Origin: Squalus acanthias | Taxonomy: Eukaryota | Length of the DNA stretch: 64,000 bases | NCBI GenBank assembly: GCA_030390025.1 | Contig: CM059438.1 | Span: 53,880,001 to 53,944,000, forward strand | Direction of reading: 5' to 3' | Shown here: in pieces, positions 37,923-52,294 of the stretch | Numbering within the stretch: position 1 is the first letter of the stretch | Layout of the letters: the number at the start of each line of letters is the position of its first letter | Notes under the pieces: model-generated | What the model was told of the DNA's origin: nothing | The model's database searches: none | What the model saw: the letters and a program-made list of their open reading frames with translations, nothing else | Position numbers and translations under genes: made by a program

Positions 37923-40810
37923 GTACAGCAGGGAAGAAGGCCCTTCAGCCCATCATGCCTGTACCAGCTCTTTGAAAGAGCGTTCCAGATCTTAACAACC
38001 CAAAAATGCTCTTCATTCTTTTGTCAATTAATTCAAATCAATGACCTCTGGTTACTGACGCACATGCCAGAGGAACCAATTTCTTCATATTTGCTCTATC
38101 AAAACTTCTCATTATTTTAAAGATCTCTGTTAGGTTACCCCTTAACTTTCTCTACTCTAAGGGGTACAGTCCCAACTTCTCCAACCTTTCCACATAACTG
38201 AAGTCCCTCATCCCTGGTATCATCTTGGTAAACCTCCTTTGTACCGTCTCGAAGGCCTTGACATCAGTGTTCCCCATAAGGTGCACGGCCGCACACCGCT
38301 CTGCCGGCCCACGCAGCCCGGGACCGGCTTTTTCAATGTAAAGTTCCGCACAGCACGAAACTTTGAATGGGCCGCGCCATCCCTTAAAGGGGCCGCGCAC
38401 CCAAAAAAAAATAAGAGGGAACATTGACTGACATCCTTCCTAAAGTGTGGCACCCAGAACTCAGTACATAATACTCCAGCTGAGGCCTAACCAGGGATTT
38501 GTAAAGGTTTAGCGTGACTTCCTTGTTTATGTATTTAATGCCTGTATTTACAAAGCCAAGTATCCCATACGCTTTTTTAACCGCCTTTTCAACGTTCCCT
38601 GCCACCGTCAAAGATTTGTATATATGCACCCCTCCAGGTCCCTCTGCTCTTGCACCCGACTCAAAATAGTACCATTTGGACTATACTGCCTCGCCATGTT
38701 GTTTCTCCCAAACTGCATCACTTATCCGCATTAAATTGTATCTGCCATGTGTCTGCCCATTTCATCAGTCTGTCTATGTCCTCCTGAAGTCTGCTACTAT
38801 TCCTCTCACTATTTACTACATTTCTGAGTTTTGTAACATCCGTAAACTTCAAAATTCTACTCCCTATACCCAAGTCCAGGTCATTTATATATAACAAGAA
38901 AAACAATGGTTCTCATACCGACCCCTGGAGGCCACCACTGCATGCTTCTCTTCAGTCAGAAAAGCATCCGTTCACCACTACTCTCTGCCTCATATCCCTT
39001 AGCCAATTATGTACCCTAGTTAGGTTACTCAGACACGATTTGCCTTTAACAAATCCATGCTGGTTGTCCCTTAATAACTTCTCCAAGTGAGAGTTAATTT
39101 CATCCTTGACGATGGTCTCTGGTAGTTTTCCCACCACTAACGTTAGACTGATTGGCCTGTAGTTACCAGGTTCATCCCTTTCCCCTTTTTTGACCAGGGG
39201 TGTAACATTTGCAATCCTCCAGTCCTCTGGTACTATTCCCATACCCAAGGAGGATTGAAAGATTGTGCTCAGAGCTTCTGCTATCTCCACCCTAGCTTCC
39301 CTCAGCAACCTAGAATGCATCCCATCTGGACTGGGTGACTTGTTAACTTTGAGTGAGGCTAACCTATTTAGCCCCTCCTTTCTATCTATTTTATCCTATC
39401 CAATATCTCTACGCCCCACACCTCTTCTGCAACATTAATTTCATCCTCTTTTGTGAAGACAAATGCAAAGTATTCATTCAGTACCTCAGTTGTGCCCGCT
39501 GCCTCCACAAGATTTCCTTTTTTGTCCCTAATCAGCTGCACCATTCCATTAACTATCCTTTTACTTTTTATATGCTTATAAAAGACTTTTGGGTTCCCTT
39601 TTATGTTACCCACTAATCTTTTCTCATACACTCTATTTGTCCTTCTTGTACCCTTTTTTTCAAATTTCCCCCTGCATGTTCTGTATTCTGCCTGGTTTTC
39701 TATTGTATTCTGTACCTGACATTTGTTATAAATCTTCATTTTCTGTTTTATTTTAACCTTAGTTTCCTTTGTCATCCAGGGAGCTCTAACTTTGGATGCC
39801 CCATCTTTGCTCCTTATGGGAATTTGCTTGGTTTGTACCCAAACTATCTCCGCCTTGAAGGCCTGCCATTGCTTATTTACTGTTTCCCTGGCCAGTCTCT
39901 GTTTCCAGTCCACCTGTGCTAGAACCCTTCTCAAATCACTGAAATTGGCTCTCTTCCTGTTGGGTATTTCCACTGTTGATTTTTCTTTGTCCCTTTCCAT
40001 AACTGCTTTAAACCTAATTATATTATGATCACTATTACCCAGATGTTCTCCCAATGAAACATGCTCCACTTGCCCTACTTCTTTCCCCGGAACTAGATCC
40101 AGCACTGCTTCCTCCCTCGTTGGGCTAGAAACACACTGATTAAGGAAGTTCTCCTGTACACATTTTAGGAATTCTTCACCCTCCTTGCCCTTTACTCTGT
40201 TTTCTCCCTGGTCTATATTCGGGTAATTGACGTCCCCCACTATTACTGCTCTATTATTTTTACATTTGTCTCAAATTTGCCTCAGATTTGCTCCTCTAGC
40301 TCCTGCTCACTATTTAGGGGTCTCTAGTAAACACCCAGCAATGTAACAGCTCCTTTTCTGTTCCTTAACTTTAACCAAATACATTCAGTCTTTGAACCCT
40401 CTCGTACATCATCCCTCTGTAGAACTGTAATATTATCCTGATCAGTACGGCTACCCCGGCCCCCCCCTTGTATTTTTTTCTTCCGTCTCCCTCCTGAATA
40501 CATTGCAGCCAGGAATGTTTTGTTTCCATTCCTGTCCATGTTTAAGCCAGGTCTCCGTTATTGCCACTATATCATAACCCCATGTGGCAATGTGCGCCTG
40601 TAGCTCGCCAACCTTATTTGTAACACTTCTCGCATTAACACACATGTATTCCAACACCATACTAGTCAGCTTTGCTTTTTTTCGCCATCTAATTCCTGCT
40701 CTTTCTACACTATTCTTTGTTCTGTTGCTGTTTGTCCCTCCTAGTTTTCTGTGCACCCTGTCTGTCCTCTCTCCTGCTACGTCCTGGTGCCCTGCCCCCT
40801 CCCCCACAGC
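37923..40810 (-). mobile_element. Degenerate, internally deleted CR1 ORF2
   Basis: CVNARSV, IAITETWL, SDHN, NYRPISLT, LVRPQLEY. Confidence 0.88.
38265..38426. mobile_element. hAT-type MITE (162 bp) within the CR1
   Basis: TIRs CAGTGTTCCC/GGGAACATTG; degenerate 8-bp TSD CTTGACAT/ACTGACAT. Confidence 0.8.
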
Positions 40811-41320
40811 ACAGGAGACAGAGCGTAGGGATAATGGGTACGGACTCGAATTGGAAGGAAGTGACTAGTGTCCCACAAGGATCTGTGTTGGGGCCTAAAC
40901 TATTCACTCTATTTATTAATGACTTATATAACGCAATAGAGAGCCACATATCCAAGTTTGCCGAGACATAAAGATTGGTGGCTTAGTAAGTAGCATAAAA
41001 TTACAAAGAGACATTGATAGATTAAGTGTGTGGGCAAAACTGCAGCAGATGGATTTCAATGTAGGTTAAGTGTGAGGTCATCAATTTTTTACCAAAGAAG
41101 GATAGATACGAGTGTTTTATAAATGGTGAAAAGCTAGGAACAGTGGAGGTCCAAAGAGATTTAGGGGTCCATGTTCACAGATCACTAAAATGTAGTGGTC
41201 AGGTACAAAAAAATAATCAAAAGAGCTAATGGAATGTTAGCCTTTTTAACTGGAGGGCTAGAATATAAAGGGAAGGGAGTTATGCTACAGCTATACAAAG
41301 CCCTGGTTAGATCATATCTG
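40811..41320 (+). mobile_element. CR1 RT fragment
   Basis: [12 protein letters not shown]. Confidence 0.8.
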
Positions 41321-43130
41321 GGGCTAGAAATTGGATAAGGCCCGAAAACGGGAGCGGGTATTGCGATGCACGATTAACCCACGCCCATTGAGTCTGATGC
41401 AGGCACCACGCAAATTTGGTGCTGCCTAATTAAAAGGATTACAGCGGTAAGGAAGCGCTAAACGCACTGTTCAGTGGCTTAGCGCCTCAGCAGGGAGCAC
41501 AAGATCGTGCAAGGCTCGTACCAATTAAAACTAGCCTGGACTGCTTAAAGGCAGCCTGCACCTCTTAAAGGGGAGGTGCATTCTGGTTTCAGCAGGTGGT
41601 GGAAGTGGCTGGGAAACAGACTGAGGAGCGGGAAAACCGACTGATGGCGCAACATGCCAGAGAGTGAGCTCCCAGATTTTCAGACACAGCACTGGCGGCC
41701 TTGGTGCAGAAGGTGGACAGGAGAAGAGTGGTCCTCTATCCACATGGGGCGAGAAGGCCTGGCAGACATACTATGAGAAGGCATTGGGACCAGATAGCTG
41801 TCGCGGTCAATGCGAGCAGTGTAGCCTGAGGACCCGGATACAGTGCCGCAAGAAGTTTAATGACCTCACACGAGTGGTCAAGGTCAGTAAGTTCATCTTC
41901 AAATGCCATATCCTTACAACTGAACCACTAGTGTCGCACACTGCTCAATTCACCACCCCCCTTCACTCACCTATCAACAATCTCTATCAATCATGACTCA
42001 TGTACATAACACTTAAACCTTCACCTCACCCTCACAGCCTCACACACTTAGCACTAAAGCAAGGCTCACACCCACTTCTCACAGTTTTAACACACTGCCA
42101 GCTACTCAACCATGATAGGCACATCACCCAAACATATTGCACCATACTCACTGACACATTTCCCTCTTGCAGGACAAGGTGGTGCATAACAGGAGGCAGC
42201 AGGGGGCTACCCGAAGGAGCACAGGCATGCTTGCATAACCTGACCCCGATGGAGGAGACGGTGCTGGCCATTATTGGGAGGGACATTGCTGAGCCTGTGG
42301 CCAGCGGCGGGGCTAAATCAATTGAAGATGACGGTATCCTCATACCTAATCTTCCTTCTCACATCCCACTTCCTCCTCATCCCACAATCTCTTCTGATTT
42401 ACAAGCTGCACACGGTGTAAGCATCCACCTCTTGCTTTCCCCCCTCCCCTCACCACAACCCTACACTTGATCCTTTCTCCTTTCAGATAGCCAAGAACTG
42501 CAACCTGGCCAGGCACCGGTGGAGGAGCAGGAAGTGCAAGAGGAGGAACGCAGTGAGGCAGAACACACAGCACCATCACTCAATTTCACACTTGCAGCCA
42601 CCAGCTCAGATACTCCGCGTACTTTAGAGGATAGGTTCAACGCGGGATCTGCACGTGCTGAGACACCGGGCATGAGTGGCCTGCAGCCAGGGCAGGGGGA
42701 AAGGGTAGCTCAGGTGCCAGCTCACCAGAGGGCGAGGTCGTACACGAGTTCTGCTGCACAGGACTCAGATGAGGACTTCAATGGGGCGGCCTACAGAAGA
42801 ACACTGATGGGTATGCACAATGAAATGCTTGGTGCATTGGCAGGCCTGCCAGAGAGCCTAAATGCAATGTCAAGGAGCATGGAAGAGTCCAGCTCCAGCC
42901 TTGCACAGGGCTTTGCCCAGAGCTTGGAGTCCATCCTTTCCAGTGTGGAAGGGCTGGGCAGATTAGCGCACTTGTGGACCCAACCATGATGCAGCGTCTG
43001 ATGGCCGATGTCTCAGCTTCCATTGCAGCACAAGCACAAGCCACCCAACGTCTGAGTGCTGCAGTGGAAGCTGAGACTGAAGTCATGCAAGCTCAGACTG
43101 CTGCCATCATGACTGGGTTTACCAGTGTGG
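41321..43130 (+). mobile_element. Harbinger transposon left part with a spliced Myb/SANT-like gene (pseudogene), truncated
   Basis: Terminus GGGCTAGAAATT; ATG at 41644 gives MAQHARE*APRFSD...WDQIAVAVNA...QCRKKFNDL; GT-AG introns at 41883-42172 and about 42333-42486. Confidence 0.83.
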
Positions 43131-43487
43131 AATTTAGAGACCGTGGAGGGGTCGAGAGAAGTGGTGGTGAGGTAGAGCTGGGTGGTGGTGAGGTAGAGCT
43201 GGGTGTCGTCGGCGTACATGTGGAAGCTGACGCTGTGTTTTTGGATGATGTCATCAAGGGCAGCATGTAGATGAGAAATAGGAGGGGGCTAAGAATAGAT
43301 CCTTGGGGTACCTCAGAGGTAACAGTGCGGGAGCGGGAAGAGAAGCCGTTGCAGGTGATTTTCTTGCTATGATTAGATAGATAAGAATGGAACCAGGCGA
43401 GTGCAGTCCCACCCAGCTGGACGACGGTGGAGAGGCGTTAGAGAAGGATGGAGTGGTCAACCGTGTCAAAGGCTGCAGACAAGTCAA
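43131..43487 (-). mobile_element. L2 RT fragment
   Basis: MYADDTQLYL; homologous to 14250-14580. Confidence 0.85.
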
Positions 43488-46400
43488 GAAACATAGAAAC
43501 ATAGAAACATAGAAGATAGGAGCAGGAGTAGGCCATTCGGCCCCTCGAGCCTGCTCCGCCATTCAATGAGATCATGGCTGATCATCCAAATTCAGTACCC
43601 TGTCCCTGCCTTTTCCCCATATCCCTTGATCCCTTTAGCCTTAAGAAATATATCGAACTCCTTCTTGAATATATTTAATGAATTGGCCTCAACTGCCTTC
43701 TGTGGTAGAGAATTCCACAGGTTCACCACTCTCTGGGTGAAGAAATTCCTCCTCATCTCTGTCCTAAATGGCTTACCCCTTATCTTTAGACTGTGACCCC
43801 TGGTTCTGGACTCCCCGACCATCAGGAACATCCTTCCCGCTTCTAGTCTGTCTAGTCCTGTTAGAATTTTATACGTTTCAATGAGATCCCCTCTCATTCT
43901 TCTAAACTCCAGCGAATATAAGCCTAATCGACCCAATCTCTCTTCATACGTCATTCCTGCCATCCCAGGTATCAGTCTGGTGAATATTCGCTGCACTCCC
44001 TCCATGGCAAGAACATCCTTCCTCAGATAAGGCGACCAAAACTGCACACAATACTCAAGGTGTGGTCTCACCAAGGCCCTGTACAACTGCAGCAAGACAT
44101 CCTTGCTCCTGTACTCGAATCCTCTCGCTATGAAGGCCAACATACCATTTGCCTTCTTAACCGCCTGCTGCACCTGCATGCTTACCTTCAGCGACTGGTG
44201 CACAAGGACACCCAGATCTCGTTGCACTTCCCCTTTTCCCAATCTATTGCCGTTCAGATAATAATCTGTCTTCCTGTTTTTGCCACCAAAGTGGATAGCC
44301 TCGCATTTATCCACATTATACTGCATCTGCCATGCATCTGCCCCATCACCCAACCTGTCCAAATCATACTGGAGTTTCTCTGCATCCTCCTCACAGCACA
44401 CACGCCCACCCAGCTTTGTGTCATCTGCAAACTTGGAGATATTACATCTAGTTCCCTTGTCTAGATCATTAATATATATTGTGAATAACTGGGGTCCTAG
44501 CACCGATCCCTGCGGTACCCCACTAGTCACTGCCTGCCACTCAGAAAAAGACTCGTTTATTCCAACTCTTTGCTTCCTGTCTGCCAACCAGTTCTCTATC
44601 CAAGTCAGTACCTTACCCCTATTCCCATGTACTTTAACTTTGCACGCTAATCTCTTATGGGGGACCTTATCGAAAGCCTTCTGAAAGTCCAAATACACCA
44701 CATCCACTGGTTCTCCCTTATCTATTCTACCAGTTACATCCTCAAAAAATTCCAGTAGATTAGTCAAGCATGATTTACCTTTTGTAAATCCATGTTGACT
44801 TTGTCCGATCCTGTCATTGTTTTCCAAGTGCTCTGCTATTACATCTTTTATAATGGACTCTAGCATTTTCCCCACTACCGATGTCAGGCTTACCGGTCTG
44901 TAATTCCCCGTTTTCTCTCTCCCACCTTTTTTAAATAGTGGGGTTACATTAGCTACCCTCCAATCCATGGGAACTGTTCCAGAGTCTATAGAATTTTGGA
45001 AGATGACCAGCAATGCATCTATTATTTCTAGGGCCACTTCCTTAAGTACCCTAGGATGTAGATTATCAGGCCCTGGGGATTTATCGGCCTTCAATCCCGT
45101 CAATTTCCCTAACACCATTTCCCTACAAATACTGATTTCATTCAATTCCTCCCTCTCATTAGACCCTATGTTCCCCGACATCTCTGGGAGGTTATTTGTG
45201 TCCTCCTTTGTGAAGACAGAACCAAAGTATGTATTTAATTGGTCTGCCATTTCTTTGTTCCCCATTATAAATTCCCCTGATTCTGACTGCAAGGGACCTA
45301 CGCTTGACTTCACCAATCTTTTTCTCTTCACATATCTATAGAAGCTTTTACAGTCAGTTTTTATGTTCCCTGCAAGCTTACTCTCATATTCTATTTTCCC
45401 CCTCTTAATTAATCCCTTTGTCCTCCTTTGCTGAATCCTAAACTGCTCCCAATCCTCAGGTTTGCTGCTTTTTCTGGCCAATTTATATGTCCTCTCCTTG
45501 GATCTTATGCTATCCCTAATTTCCCTTGTTAGCCACGGTTGAGTCACCTTTTTTGTTTTATTTTTATGCCGAACAGGGATGTACAAATTCTGTAGTTCAT
45601 CCATGCGATCTTTAAATGTTTGCCAATGCCTATCCACCATCAACCCTTTAAGTAACACTCCCCAATCCATCCTGGCCAACTCGCGCCTCATACCATCATA
45701 GTTTCCTTTATTTAAATTCAGGACCCTAGTCTCTGAGTCAACTACTTCACTCTCCATCTTAATGAAGAATTCTATCATATTATGATCGCTCCTCCCCAAG
45801 GGGCCTCGCACAACAAGATTGCTAATTAATCCTTTCTCATTGCATAGTACCCAGTCTAAGATGGCCTGATCTCTAGTTGGTTCCTCGACATATTGGTCCA
45901 GGAAACCATCCCGTATACACTCTAGGAATTCCTCCTCCACAGTATTGTTACTAATTTGGTTAGCCCAATCTATATGTAGATTAAAGTCACCCATGATAAC
46001 TGCTGTGCCCTTATTGCACGCATCTCTAATTTCCCATTTAATGCCATCCCCAACCTCAGCATTGCTGTTTGGGGGGTCTGTATACAACTCCCACTAACGT
46101 TTTCTGTCCCTTGGTATTTCTCAGCTCTACCCATACAGATTCTACATCATCAGAGCTAATATCCTTCCTTACTATTGTGTTAATCTCTTTAACCAGCAAT
46201 GCTACCCCACCTCCTTTTCCTTTTTGCCTGTCCTTCCTGAATATTGAATACCCCTGGATGTTGAATTCCCAGCCTTGGTCACCCTGGAGCCATGTCTCTG
46301 TAATCCCAATTATATCATATCCGTTTACATCTATTTGCGCAGCTAATTCATCCACCTTATTACGAATGCTCCTCGCATTAAGACACAAAGCCTTCAGGTT

Positions 46401-47347
46401 TTTTTTTTTAACATTCTTAGTCCTTTTAGAATTATTATTTACTGTAGCCCTGTTTGATTTACACTCTTGATTTCTCTGCCTTCCACTTTTGCTTTTCTCC
46501 TTCCTGTCTTTTGTTTCTATCCTTGCTTCCCTTTCCTCTGTCTCGCTGCACAGGTTCCCAACCCCCTGCCATTTTAGTTTAAACCCTCCCCAACAGCACT
46601 AGCAAACACTCCCCCTAGGACATCGGTCCCGGTCCTGCCCAGGTGCAAACCGTCCAGTTTGTACTGGTCCCACCTCCCCCAGAACCGGTTCCAATATCCC
46701 AGGAATTTGAATCCCTCCCCCTTGCACCATTCCTCTAGCCACGTATTCATCTGAAATATCCTTCTATTTCTACTCTGACTAGCACATGGCACTGGTAGCA
46801 ATCCTGAGGTTACTACCTTTGAGGTCCTATTTTTTAATTTACCTCCTAACTCCCTATATTCAGCTTTTAGGACCTCATCCCGTTTTTTACCTATATCGTT
46901 GGTACCTATATGCACCACGACAACTGGCTGTTCACCCTCCCCCTCCAGAATGCCCTGCAGCCACCCCGAGACATCCTTGACCCTTGCACCATGGAGGCAA
47001 CATACCATCCTAGAGTCTCGTTTGCGGCCGCAGAAACACCTATCTATTCCCCTTACAATAGAATCCCCTATCACTATAGCTCTCCCGCTCTTTTTCCTCC
47101 CATCCTGTGCAGCAGAACCACCCATGGTGCCAGGAAGTTGGCTGCTGCTGCCTTCCCCCAATAAGTCATCTCCCTCAACAATATCCAAAGCTGTATATCT
47201 GTTTGAGAGGGGGATGGCCACAGGGGACCCCTGCACTACCTGCCTACTGCTCTGCCTGGTGGTCACCGATTCCCTTCCTGCCTGTGCAGCCTTTACCTGC
47301 GGTGTGACCAACTCATTAAACGTGATATCCACGATGTCCTCAGCATG
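43488..47347 (-). mobile_element. Near full-length CR1 LINE: ORF1 esterase 46574-47332; ORF2 46056-46388 plus 43592-46087, one frameshift
   Basis: GDSIVRG and HIGTND (SGNH/GDSL esterase); CLNARSI, GDFN, SDHN, FADD; (TTCTATGT)n tail. Confidence 0.96.
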
Positions 47348-47925
47348 TTTCCCCTGGCTGGAGAGTCTTGAACTAGTAGGTCACAGTCTCAGAATAAGGG
47401 GTTGGACATTTAGGATTGAGATGAGGAGGAATTTCTTCACTCAGAGGGTTGTGAATCTTTGGCATTCTCTCCCCCAAAGGGATATGGATGCTGAGTCGTT
47501 GAGTATATTCAGGGCTGAGATCGATAGATTTTTGGACTCAAAGGAAATCAAGGGATATGGGGATCAGGCAGGAAAGTGGAGTTGAGGTCGAAGATCAGCC
47601 ATGATCTTATTGAATGGCGGAGTAAGCTCGAAGGGCGGTATGGTCTACTCCTGCTCCTATTTGTTATGTTCTTATGTTCTTACAGTTAAGGAACACTAGA
47701 GAGATGAGGAAAAATCAAAGGTGAAGATACTCAACTGGAGGAGGGCTAATTTCAGTGACTTGAAAGGGGATCTGGCCCAGGTGGACTGGAATCAAAGATT
47801 GGCAGGTAGAACAGTAAATGAGCAATGGGAGGCTTTCAGTCTGGGTACAGAGTAAACACATTCCTATGAGGGGGAAAGGAAGGGCATCCAAAGCTAGGGC
47901 TCCCTGGATGACTAAAGATATTGAG
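47348..47925 (+). mobile_element. CR1 3' tail and an adjacent CR1 fragment
   Basis: GHSLRIRG...MRRNFFTQRVVNLW; TTCTTATG tail. Confidence 0.85.
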
Positions 47926-48349
47926 ACCCCCCACCAGTGACCCGCCGTCTACTCCAGGAGTGACCTCCGCCTATGATCGTATTTGCGTCACTTCCCACAG
48001 CTGTTTACAGACGTCGAGGCTGCCAAAGATGCAAATCTCATCCTTCCAGTAACAGGTTTGTGGGAGGTCACCTATGGTGGGAGCAACGACTCGCTTTAAC
48101 CATTATTGCAGGCATCAGAATAGTGCGGGAGGCCACTCAATACTCCTGATGTCGCAAACTGGCAGAAAAAGCCCAGACTCACAACATACGGCTGAGGCTA
48201 AACTAATAAGACTTTAGTAAGAAGTACGATTATCCAGCAGCAAAAATAGATCAGCAGATCAGGTAGCAGCAGAATGTTTAACATTGGCAGGATCATCATT
48301 GTTCTCTCAGTTGTAGGATGAGTGTCGTCCAACCAAAGCACGGCCATAC

Positions 48350-51200
48350 AATCAGAGAATGATACAGCGCAGAAGGAGGCCATTTGGCCCATCGTGCCTG
48401 TGCTGGCTCTTTGGTAGAGCTATCCAACTTTTCCCACTCCCCGGCTCTTTCCCTGCAATGCTTTTCCTCTTCAAGTATTTATCCAATTCCCTTTTAAAAG
48501 TTGCTACTGAATCTGCTTCCACCGCCCTTTCAGGCCGTGCATTCCAGATCACAACAACTCGCTGCGTAAAAAAATGTTTCCTCATGTTATAGAATCATAG
48601 GGGGGAAAATTCAGTTGATTGCGCCTCCCGTTAGCGCCTTAAGAGGGTGCTAATGGGGCACAAAGCAACTCGAGCCCGGGTGCGGCGATGTTTGCGCCGC
48701 TCGCGAAATTAACTAGACATTTTGCGGCGGCGCTAAACACTACCACCATGATCTCCTGCGCCGGCAGATCCTGACGTCAGTCGAGTGCGCAACGTCCCGG
48801 TAGCGCCCCGGAGCGGATATTGAGTGGCGGCCCCTGCCTTACCGCCTGCCGCTAGCAACGACAGGTTGAGGGGAGCGTTTTGCAGTCAGGAAGGGACTGG
48901 GGGAGCACTATTTAAAGGCGACCGCTTCCTGCCTTTTATTGTTGGGGACATTTTTGAACCATGCATTCTGAGAGAGAGAGAGAGAGTGACTTCTGGAGAG
49001 ATTCAACGCTGTGTGAAGGAGTTTTGGGTACTGAGCAGCACTTTGCAGGTTCATTTTGATTTGCCTTTCCTTGTATCGATTTAGAAGAGATTGTGGGGGT
49101 TGCACTCTGAGCTCTTTCCCTGGTTCTCTCCATTGTTCTTTCCAGCAGATTTGATGTACAGGTCTCTCCAGGCCGAGATTCAAGGCTGCAATGAGCAGGA
49201 TGTGGATGGAAAGCAAGATCAGCCCTCCCCTTTAAGAACTGGCCCGCGCCATTGTGTCTGTGTTCCATTGCTGACTGACATCACATGAGCTTCGCCAGCG
49301 CTCTGAGTTAGCGCCTCGCTCCTCGGCCTTTGCGCCTTAAGACAGATGTGTAGCGCCTGATTTAGCGCTCCAATCACCTCCAGGGGCGATAAAAGTCAAG
49401 TTTGCAGTCGGAGGCGATAATTAGCGCCAGGCGCTAAGCTTTGCGCCCGGCCGATAATTGCGCCACAAACGGGGCGATACTGAATTTCTCCCCCATAGAA
49501 TCATAGAAATTTATGGCACAGAAGGAGGCCATTCAGCCCATCGTGTCTGTGCTGGCTGAAAAAGAGCTATCCAGCCTAATCCCACTTTCCAGCTCTTGTC
49601 TGTAGCCCTGTAAGTTCTTTTGCCAATGACCTTCAATCTGTGTCCTCTGATTACCGACCCTTCTGCCACTGGAAACAGTTTCTCCTTATTTACTCTTATT
49701 AAAACCGTTCATGAACACCTTTATCAATTTTGAACACCTCAATTAAATCTCCATTTAACCTTAGAATCATAGAATCTTCCAGCACAGAAGAGGCCATTCA
49801 GTCCATTGTGCCTTTGAAAGAGCTGTTCAATTTAGGCCCACATCCCAGCTTTCTCCCATAACCCTGCAAATTAGTCCTCTTCAAGTACATGTGTGAAAAC
49901 ATTTCTCCTCATTTCCACTCTAGTTCTTTTGCCAGTTATTTTAAATCTGTGACCGATGGTTACCGACCCAGTTGCCAGAGGAAGCAATTTCTCCCTACTA
50001 TCAAAACCCTTCATAATTTTGAACACCTCTATGAAATCTCTCCTTATCTTTGTCTGCTCTAAGGAGAACAATTCCAGCTTCTCCAATATCTCCATATAAC
50101 TGAAGTCCCTCATCCCTGGTATCATCCTGGTAAAACTCCTCTGCACCCTCTCCCAGGTCTTGACATCCTTCCTAAAGTGTGGTGCCCAGAATTGGACACA
50201 ATACTCCAGCTGGGGCCGGACCAGCGATTTGTAAAGGTTTGTAAAGGATGACTTCTTTGTTTTTGTATTCAATGTATTTTAGCCTCTATTTCCTTTGTCA
50301 TCCAGGGAGCTCTAACTTTGGATGCCCCATCTTTGCTCCTTATGGGAATTTGCTTGGTTTGTACCCAAACTATCTCCGCCTTGAAGGCCTGCCATTGCTC
50401 ATTTACTGTTTCCCTGGCCAATCTCTGTTTCCAGTCCACCTGTGCTAGAACCCTTCTCAAATCACTGAAATTGGCTCTCTTCCTGTTGGGTATTTTCACT
50501 GTTGATTTTTCTTTGTCCCTTTCCATAACTGCTTTAAACCTAATTATATTATGATCACTATTACCCAGATGTTCTCCCAATGAAACATGCTCCATTTGCC
50601 CTACTTCCTTCCCCGGAACTAGATCCAGCACTGCTTCCTCCCTCATTGGGCTAGAAACACACTGATTAAGGAAGTTCTCCTGTACATGTTTTAGGAATTC
50701 TTCACCCTCCTTGCCCTTTACTCTGTTTTCTCCCCGGTCTATATTCGGGTCATTGAAATCCCCCACTATTACTGTTCTATTATTTTTACATTTGCCTCAG
50801 ATTTGCTCCTCTAGCTCCTGCTCACTATTTAGGGGTCTCTAGTAAACACCCAGCAATGTAACAGCTCCTTTTCTGTTCCTTAACTTTAACCAAATACATT
50901 CAGTCTTTGAACCCTCTCGTACATCATCGCTCTGTAGAACTGTAATATTATCCTGATCATTACTGCTACCCCGGCCCCCCTTGTCTTTTTCCCTTCTGTA
51001 TCCCGCCTGATTACATTGTAGCCAGGAATGTTTAAGGAGAACAACCCCAGCTTCTCCAGTCTCTGCACATAACTGAAGTCCCGCATCCCTGGTACCATTC
51101 TAGTAAATCTCCTCTACACCCTCTCTAAAGGCCTTGACATCTTACCTAAAGTATGGTGCCCAGAATTGAACACAATACTCCAGCTTAGGCCTAACCACTG
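48350..51200 (-). mobile_element. Stack of CR1 fragments (3' tails, RT end, APE segment 50270-51033)
   Basis: ATAGAATC tails; LVRPQLEY; GDFN...SDHN. Confidence 0.82.
48600..49494. mobile_element. Non-autonomous Harbinger (MITE), 895 bp
   Basis: TIRs GGGGGGAAAATTCAG/CTGAATTTCTCCCCC; 3-bp TSD ATA; GCGCC-rich subterminal repeats. Confidence 0.85.
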
Positions 51201-52294
51201 ATAGAATCATAGAATCATAGAATGGTTACAGCACAGAAGAAGGCCATTCGGCCCATCGAGCCCGTGCCAGCTCTCTGCAAGAGCACCTCAGCTAGTCCCA
51301 CTCTCTCGCCCTTTGCCCGTAGCCCTGCAAATTTCGTTCCTTCAGATACTGATCCAACTCCCTTTTGAAAGCCGTGATTGAGTCTGCCCCCACCACCCTT
51401 TCAGGCAGTATATTCCCGATCCTAACCACTCGCTGCGTAAAAAAGTTTTTTCTTATGTCACCTTTGGTTCTATTGCCAATCACCTTGAATGTGTGTCCTC
51501 TGGTTCTTGACCCTTCTGTCAATGGGAACACTTTCCCTCTATCTACTCTGTCCAGACCCCTCATGATTTTGAACACCTCTATCAAATCTCCTCTCAATCT
51601 TGTCTGCTCCAAGGAGAACAACCTCAGCTTCTCCAGTCTATCAACGTAACTGAAGTCCCTCATTCCTGGAATCATTCTTGTAAATCTTTTCTGCACCTTC
51701 TCTAAGGCCTTCACATCCTTCCTAAAGTGCGGTGCCCAGAATTGGACACAATACTCCAGTTGGGGCCGAACTAGTGTTTTACACAGGTTCATCATAATTT
51801 CCACACTTTTGTACTCTGTAACTCTATTCATGAAGCCCAGGATCCCATAAGCCTTTTTAACTGCTTTCTCAACCTGCCCTGCCACCTTCAACGATTTGTG
51901 CACACATACCCCCAGGTCTCTCTGTTCGTGCACCCCCTTTAGGATTGTACCATTTAATTTATATGTCCTCTCCCCATTCTTTCTACCAAAATGTATCACT
52001 TCACACTTTTCTGCATTAAATTTCATCTGACACATGTCCGCCCATTTCACCAGCCTGTCTATGTCTTCCTGAAGTCTATCACTCTCCTCCTCACTGTTCA
52101 TTATACTTCCAAGTTTTGTGTCATCTGCAAATTTTGAAATTGTACCCTCTACACCCACGTCGAAGTCTGAAAAACAACTGTTCACCACTACTCTCTGTTT
52201 CCTAACACTTAGCCAATTCTATATTCATGCTGCTACTGTCCTTTTTATTCCATGGGCTTCAGCTTTGCTGGCAAGCCTATTATGTGGCACTTTG

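Noticed and set aside
48198..48392. Hydrophobic 64-aa minus-strand ORF resembling a signal or transmembrane peptide
   Set aside because: Begins in a CR1 tail; no homology recognised and no convincing exon structure
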